DNA from: Promethearchaeia archaeon
GTDB lineage: Archaea > Asgardarchaeota > Lokiarchaeia > Sigyniarchaeales > SOKP01
Direction: 5' to 3'
Assembly: GCA_029856155.1 (NCBI GenBank)
Contig: JAHQWL010000043.1
Span: forward strand, 1 to 42,244
Length of the DNA: 42,244 nucleotides
The stretch's first letter is position 1; every line of letters starts with the position of its first letter. The notes under the pieces are model-generated. The model saw nothing but the letters and a program-made list of their open reading frames with translations, made no database searches and was not told the origin of the DNA. Both the position numbers and the translations under genes were made by a program. Positions 37,209-42,244 of the stretch are shown here, in pieces.

Positions 37209-37424
37209 TATGCATTAAAAAAAGTTATAAAATTTATAAGGGATATAAAAATAGATTGAGATTTATTAATATTTTTCAAAAATCTAAATATTTAATTAAT
37301 GTTAATTTTATATTAGTGAATAGATTTATAATTCTGAGTGATAATTCTCGCTACTTTCCTGCAGATTTGTGGATTATCAATTGAATTTGTACCTAACTAC
37401 TAATAAGAAGAAGTATAAATTGTT

Positions 37425-40400
37425 CTATAAAAAATTCTCTAAATTGCTAATTCTAGCGATAAAATTATCGATCTCTTCATGAAGTTCTAACGCATATTCT
37501 TCAGAAATTTTGCCACATTTCACTAGGCATTCAATTTTCTTTTGTGTTAATTCTAATTTACAAATTGCATGAGAAATATGTTCAAGAATACAGCATTCTT
37601 TTACACAATCTTTAGCCATTAAATATAGGACATATTCTAATTCACCAATAGCGCATCTAAGGTAGTATTCAATTGACATAAATATACAGAAATCATGTTG
37701 TACTGAGAAGTTATCTACGAATTGAGAAATTTCTACAATTATATTTGCAATTTCTAAAGCCGTCTCCGTTCCCACTATTGCTCCCATGGTAAGGGATAAA
37801 TGATCCCGTATTTTATGAACTTGAACCAAAATAAAATCTCTAATTTCTTCAGATATTCTATGATGTTTAAATAATACATATTGGAACATGTCGTAAAACT
37901 CCAAACTAGCTTTAGCCAACATATCTAACTGCACAGCTTTTGACATGCATCCTGAATTATAGTAGTATAAAGCCCACTCTACTTTACATTGAGCTCTGTG
38001 AATATGATGGATAAGTGGTCTATTAAAGCAAAATGAGAGTACATCTTCTATATAATCCTCTAGTTCACTAAGTTCCCATAAGATATATTCCATCATTTCA
38101 TCTGGAGTAACTTCAAAAGTGTCTATCCATACGGTTGTTAAAGCATCATTGGATCTATCATTGTCAGCATCAGTTATTTCAATTCGAATTGTATGGTTAC
38201 CGTATTCCATTATCCAATCATTTGCAAAACTAAAGTTGAATTCTGTCTCATATGGAAAGGGTAAATAATTATGAACAAGTGCATCATCTACATAAATAGA
38301 TATGTTAGATATTCCAATATCATCACTATGCCATTCTACTTCATCAAATGCTAAAAATGAAATATTTAGAAAGAAGCAATTATCTCTAATTATTAGATGT
38401 TCAAACCAAGGAGGTAGTATATCATCATCAATCACTTTAATATAGGCCTCAATAGTTTTAGAAATATAAGGAGTTGATGCTGTTATGAAAAATGTATCAT
38501 TACCTAATTCGAATGGTATCATGGTTAAATTAAAATTTTCGTATTGACCAGGAATCATCAAATAGGAATTTTGTGGAATGAAAGTATTAGCAAAATCCAC
38601 ACTAGTATATGATATATCAAAAGGAACCTCAACATTTCCTAAGTTAGTAAGATGTAAATTATAATCAAAAATATCACTATCCGTTAATGTTAAATTGGCT
38701 TCCTCAACGAAAAAGCTCATTCTATGGTATTCTTGAATATCAAGGATACAATTAAACATCTTTATCAGGTTAGGATCTGCTTCTGAGCTAACTTTAATTT
38801 TAAAATCTATTTCTCCAGGGAGAACTATTTTACCCCATGGAATATAAAATACAATTAACGATGAATTCCTCCTCAATGGAAAAGCCCTTAATATTGGTTG
38901 ATAAAGATCAAAAAGATCCTTATCTAGATCTATAATTTCAACTTTATATTTATCAAATAGATTTCCTGTGTTGGTGACATTAATGAAATATGGTAAGTAG
39001 CCCTCTCCATCTACATTTAACCCTTCAAGTAAAATTGGGTCAAAAGCAACTTCAAAATCTATGAGAGGGACGATCTCGTAATCAAGATACGCATTTGTTC
39101 TAGCTACAGATGCGTCTTCATGTTGAATTCGAACAATTGTTGTATGATTACCTGGTGTAAGGGGATTAATTGTTGTTGGTGTAATTAACACTCTAATTAC
39201 TCTATGCGTATCTGGTTCAATTAGAATACTTGATGTCGGTACCCAAACATCGAGTGGATAAGGATTATCAGGATATAAATCCATATAAAAAATATAATCC
39301 CAAATTTCTTCATTTGAACCGTAAAGATTATAGGTTTGGTTATGAGGTGAATTTGTGTGAATATCAATATCATAACATAATAGTTCAGAATCCATGGGTA
39401 TTATTTCATCGATAATTGGAGTAACACTTGTCTCTGGTAGCATTTCCGTCCATTCTCCTGCGAACCAAGATCCATCTTTAAGCATACTTATAAATTCTTC
39501 TAAGGTAGTAGGCATAACAGGCATGTCAAAATATACTGTTTCTTGACTATAATATGGTCCTCCCGAAGCTGTTCCGAAATCTTTACAAATAATCCAAGGA
39601 GGATACCAAACAACAACAATCGTGGGTCCCTGATAAAACTCCCATCTTAAATCTGTGTTAATCGTTAACTTTGTTAATGGAGATGCTTCATCAAAAGTAT
39701 CTGTCGCAGTCGTATCTTTTATTTTTAAACCGTCTACTTTCCCATTAGTATAAATTTCTTTTCTCGTTCCAGGAGAACCTGTTCCTCCTAAATCTAATTG
39801 CACTCCAAACCATAGTTCAGTATTTCCCTTATTTTTAACCTTAACATAAAAAGACATCTCATCCCCAACTCTAAAACTGGCATGTTGTTGTAAATTCCAA
39901 CTACTATAACCTATACTATGTGTTACAATTTCATAATCGGGATTTGCATCTTCAACTCCCAGCCATGCATATAACTCACCCCATAAGTCATAACCAAAGA
40001 GACTTGCAATCCAATCAGCCAGTGTTGCAATTATAACAAGAGCAACAAAAACTAGAGTCGCTGGGTTAACAGGGAGGAAAGCTAAAACACCTGAAATGAT
40101 TGCCAATCCACCTCTAAAGCTCTCTGCCATACCTGTTTTAAATGCTCCTTGATTTACCTGATCAATTCCATATGCCAATCTCAGCGCTCCAAAAACTATA
40201 CTAAATACAGCCATCCCACTGCCAAGCGCACCTAGAATTCCACTGAAATCTTTCAATTTACTCATAAATTCGAGAATTGTTCCTACAAAAACTCCAATTT
40301 CAGCCAGTTTAATAGGTATTTGGCCTATGGCTTTATCTCCTTCATACTCGTTAAGATAATTGTTAAATATACTACCCAAAACTGGTATATCATCATAAAG

Positions 40401-42242
40401 ACCCGTTGTTTCGTTCAAATCCTCATGATTTGGGCCAGATAATGATATACTCATGATCGGTAAATTCCAAGAAATAGTTATTTGCCTTCCACTATCACTC
40501 TTCATTAAATTGTCTTTTTCTTTAAAATCAAACATAAATAGATATATATTTTCCTCCTCCCTTATTCCCTCAAGATGATAGATCTCATCACAAGCAGATC
40601 CAGCGTATTTATATTTTGAAAATTGAATAGAATATCTTACAGTTTCAACACTCTTGTTTTTAATACCATAAGCAAATTGTTCAATAAATTCAATATACTT
40701 ATCTCTTATAAGTTGGGTGGCAATTAATCCTACAAATGACATTTCAGGACGAGAATATAACTGGTTAATTTCATTATCAGTATATAATTTTGTAGGATAA
40801 TATCCAAATTCGTCAATTATTGATTCAAAACTATATGTAAGCGAATATCCATAAGTGAGAGAAATAAAATATGTTTCTTCAATGCCTAAATTTTTCTGAG
40901 TTAATATCGAATCACGTAAATTATTTCTTGTACTATTTAAATCACTAATATCTAGGCATGAATCGGGATAAATTTCTAAAGATGATATGTCATTTGGATC
41001 ATAACTCATATTTGCAACTTGAAGATATGCAGATAATTCAGCATTCATTCCTGTTTTCCGGTAATCACTTCCATCCTCTACTAATCCTAATACTACATTT
41101 GTTGGTTGACTTTCTGTAACTGAAACTCCTTGAACTGTATAACTTAAATCATCATTATTATAAATATGTAATAGTTTAGACTCTTTTGTTATAGTATCAT
41201 ACTCAAAAATAAGCCATACTAATCGGAATTTCAACCTTATTTGCCTATCATTCTTTGCTTGATTATCAGATTTGTAAGTTAACATTCGAGCCCAAGTGTA
41301 ATCTTTTTCTTTGGCATAACTATTTAGAGGAATTAGGCTAATTAGACCTGAATATTCATTATCTATTGAAAAACTATTATCTGGTAAATGATCTCCATTC
41401 TCAGTTAAACCATAAATCCGTAAGCCGGGTAAAATTGATAATTCATTTTCACGATAGTCAAATATTTCTGTATAATCATTTTCGGTTGGTTTAATCTGAA
41501 TGTTAATGCCTATTTCTGAATTATTATCATAAACCGGTAGATTGAATGTGGAAATTCCATAAATATGTGTGCAATCAATTGCTGTAAAAGGCATTACATC
41601 GCTTCCATCCATTATCCCATCATTGTCAATATCTGGTATTTGGTCATAAGGGCTTTCTTCTAATTCATCAATTAATCCATCACCATCAGAATCAAGTTTA
41701 AAAAAAGAACTCAAGTCAGTAATTTCATTACTCCCTATAAAAAATTTGATTGAGAAGTTTGATGGCGTAACAGTATTGTCATGAGAAACTCTCAATTTTA
41801 TTGTATAGACAATATCATTAGCCGGATTTGCTAGAATATATCTACCTTCAGTGTAAATATTTTCAAACATAATTTCATTATTTACGTCAATATTACTTAT
41901 TGTATCATGCTCTCCTAGGGATTGGACATCCATAACTAATTCATTATCACAATAATCGGTTGGAATTATTATACCTATTTTTCCTCCTAACTCAAGGTTT
42001 TTTGAATATTGAGCATCAATAAAGTAGTTACTTCTTAAGCTTTGCCAAGTTAACCATGATTCTTGCACATAGGGGTTTAATCCATGAATAATTTCAATAC
42101 TATTTCTAAGACCATCGCCATCATAATCAATATCCACAATTGGTTCTGCTGGCGATAAAATTGGATAAAAAGGTTCCCCTATATCATAAAAAGGATAACC
42201 ATAATTAAAAGGGTCGTCATTACCAGTGTTCCAAATAATTAA
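37425..42242 (-). CDS. Very large multidomain extracellular/surface protein, 5'-partial (>1600 aa)
   Basis: The frame is open to the window end. DxDxDG motifs (DYDGDG, DSDGDG, DIDNDG), a Gly-rich hydrophobic core, repeated V.N.GN Ig-like modules and a Cys/His-rich helical C terminus. Confidence 0.8.
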   Translation of the reverse strand, partial: LIIWNTGNDDPFNYGYPFYDIGEPFYPILSPAEPIVDIDYDGDGLRNSIEIIHGLNPYVQESWLTWQSLRSNYFIDAQYSKNLELGGKIGIIIPTDYCDNELVMDVQSLGEHDTISNIDVNNEIMFENIYTEGRYILANPANDIVYTIKLRVSHDNTVTPSNFSIKFFIGSNEITDLSSFFKLDSDGDGLIDELEESPYDQIPDIDNDGIMDGSDVMPFTAIDCTHIYGISTFNLPVYDNNSEIGINIQIKPTENDYTEIFDYRENELSILPGLRIYGLTENGDHLPDNSFSIDNEYSGLISLIPLNSYAKEKDYTWARMLTYKSDNQAKNDRQIRLKFRLVWLIFEYDTITKESKLLHIYNNDDLSYTVQGVSVTESQPTNVVLGLVEDGSDYRKTGMNAELSAYLQVANMSYDPNDISSLEIYPDSCLDISDLNSTRNNLRDSILTQKNLGIEETYFISLTYGYSLTYSFESIIDEFGYYPTKLYTDNEINQLYSRPEMSFVGLIATQLIRDKYIEFIEQFAYGIKNKSVETVRYSIQFSKYKYAGSACDEIYHLEGIREEENIYLFMFDFKEKDNLMKSDSGRQITISWNLPIMSISLSGPNHEDLNETTGLYDDIPVLGSIFNNYLNEYEGDKAIGQIPIKLAEIGVFVGTILEFMSKLKDFSGILGALGSGMAVFSIVFGALRLAYGIDQVNQGAFKTGMAESFRGGLAIISGVLAFLPVNPATLVFVALVIIATLADWIASLFGYDLWGELYAWLGVEDANPDYEIVTHSIGYSSWNLQQHASFRVGDEMSFYVKVKNKGNTELWFGVQLDLGGTGSPGTRKEIYTNGKVDGLKIKDTTATDTFDEASPLTKLTINTDLRWEFYQGPTIVVVWYPPWIICKDFGTASGGPYYSQETVYFDMPVMPTTLEEFISMLKDGSWFAGEWTEMLPETSVTPIIDEIIPMDSELLCYDIDIHTNSPHNQTYNLYGSNEEIWDYIFYMDLYPDNPYPLDVWVPTSSILIEPDTHRVIRVLITPTTINPLTPGNHTTIVRIQHEDASVARTNAYLDYEIVPLIDFEVAFDPILLEGLNVDGEGYLPYFINVTNTGNLFDKYKVEIIDLDKDLFDLYQPILRAFPLRRNSSLIVFYIPWGKIVLPGEIDFKIKVSSEADPNLIKMFNCILDIQEYHRMSFFVEEANLTLTDSDIFDYNLHLTNLGNVEVPFDISYTSVDFANTFIPQNSYLMIPGQYENFNLTMIPFELGNDTFFITASTPYISKTIEAYIKVIDDDILPPWFEHLIIRDNCFFLNISFLAFDEVEWHSDDIGISNISIYVDDALVHNYLPFPYETEFNFSFANDWIMEYGNHTIRIEITDADNDRSNDALTTVWIDTFEVTPDEMMEYILWELSELEDYIEDVLSFCFNRPLIHHIHRAQCKVEWALYYYNSGCMSKAVQLDMLAKASLEFYDMFQYVLFKHHRISEEIRDFILVQVHKIRDHLSLTMGAIVGTETALEIANIIVEISQFVDNFSVQHDFCIFMSIEYYLRCAIGELEYVLYLMAKDCVKECCILEHISHAICKLELTQKKIECLVKCGKISEEYALELHEEIDNFIARISNLENFL

Positions 42243-42244
42243 AT

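Noticed and set aside
1-42244. rRNA, tRNA, integrase, transposase, reverse transcriptase/DGR
   Set aside because: No GC-rich structural RNA blocks or catalytic motifs of these families were recognised by eye

Overview
Strongly AT-rich, gene-dense archaeal-type DNA. GGTGA/GGAGG ribosome-binding motifs, a geranylgeranyl reductase, an FrhB-family protein and the overall gene style suggest an Asgard archaeon, probably Lokiarchaeia/Promethearchaeota; this is inferred, not proven. The window is an accessory, weakly operonic region. It encodes detoxification, transport and hydrolase genes (aminoglycoside phosphotransferase-like kinase, MFS, MacB-type ABC, four SAM methyltransferases, haloalkane dehalogenase, ZupT, M29 and InhA-like peptidases, Fpg), two pseudogene remnants and several unannotated small ORFs. 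The most unusual elements are: (1) a defence-like block at about 8.4-14.1 kb with a SIR2-TPR fusion, an AbrB-like mini-gene bracketed by 12-bp-phased TCTATAGA-like boxes, and a Zn-ribbon/HEPN-motif protein; (2) a Staygreen (Mg-dechelatase) homolog divergent from an HSDL2/AtuG-like SDR; (3) a >1600-aa protein, cut off by the window end, with Ca-binding DxDxDG motifs, a central Gly-rich hydrophobic segment resembling membrane-inserting toxin domains, Ig-like repeats and a Cys/His-rich helical tail; (4) a 28-aa poly-Leu peptide divergent from a small wHTH-like gene, with four ACATCA boxes between them. No rRNA, tRNA, CRISPR array, integrase or transposase was recognised.
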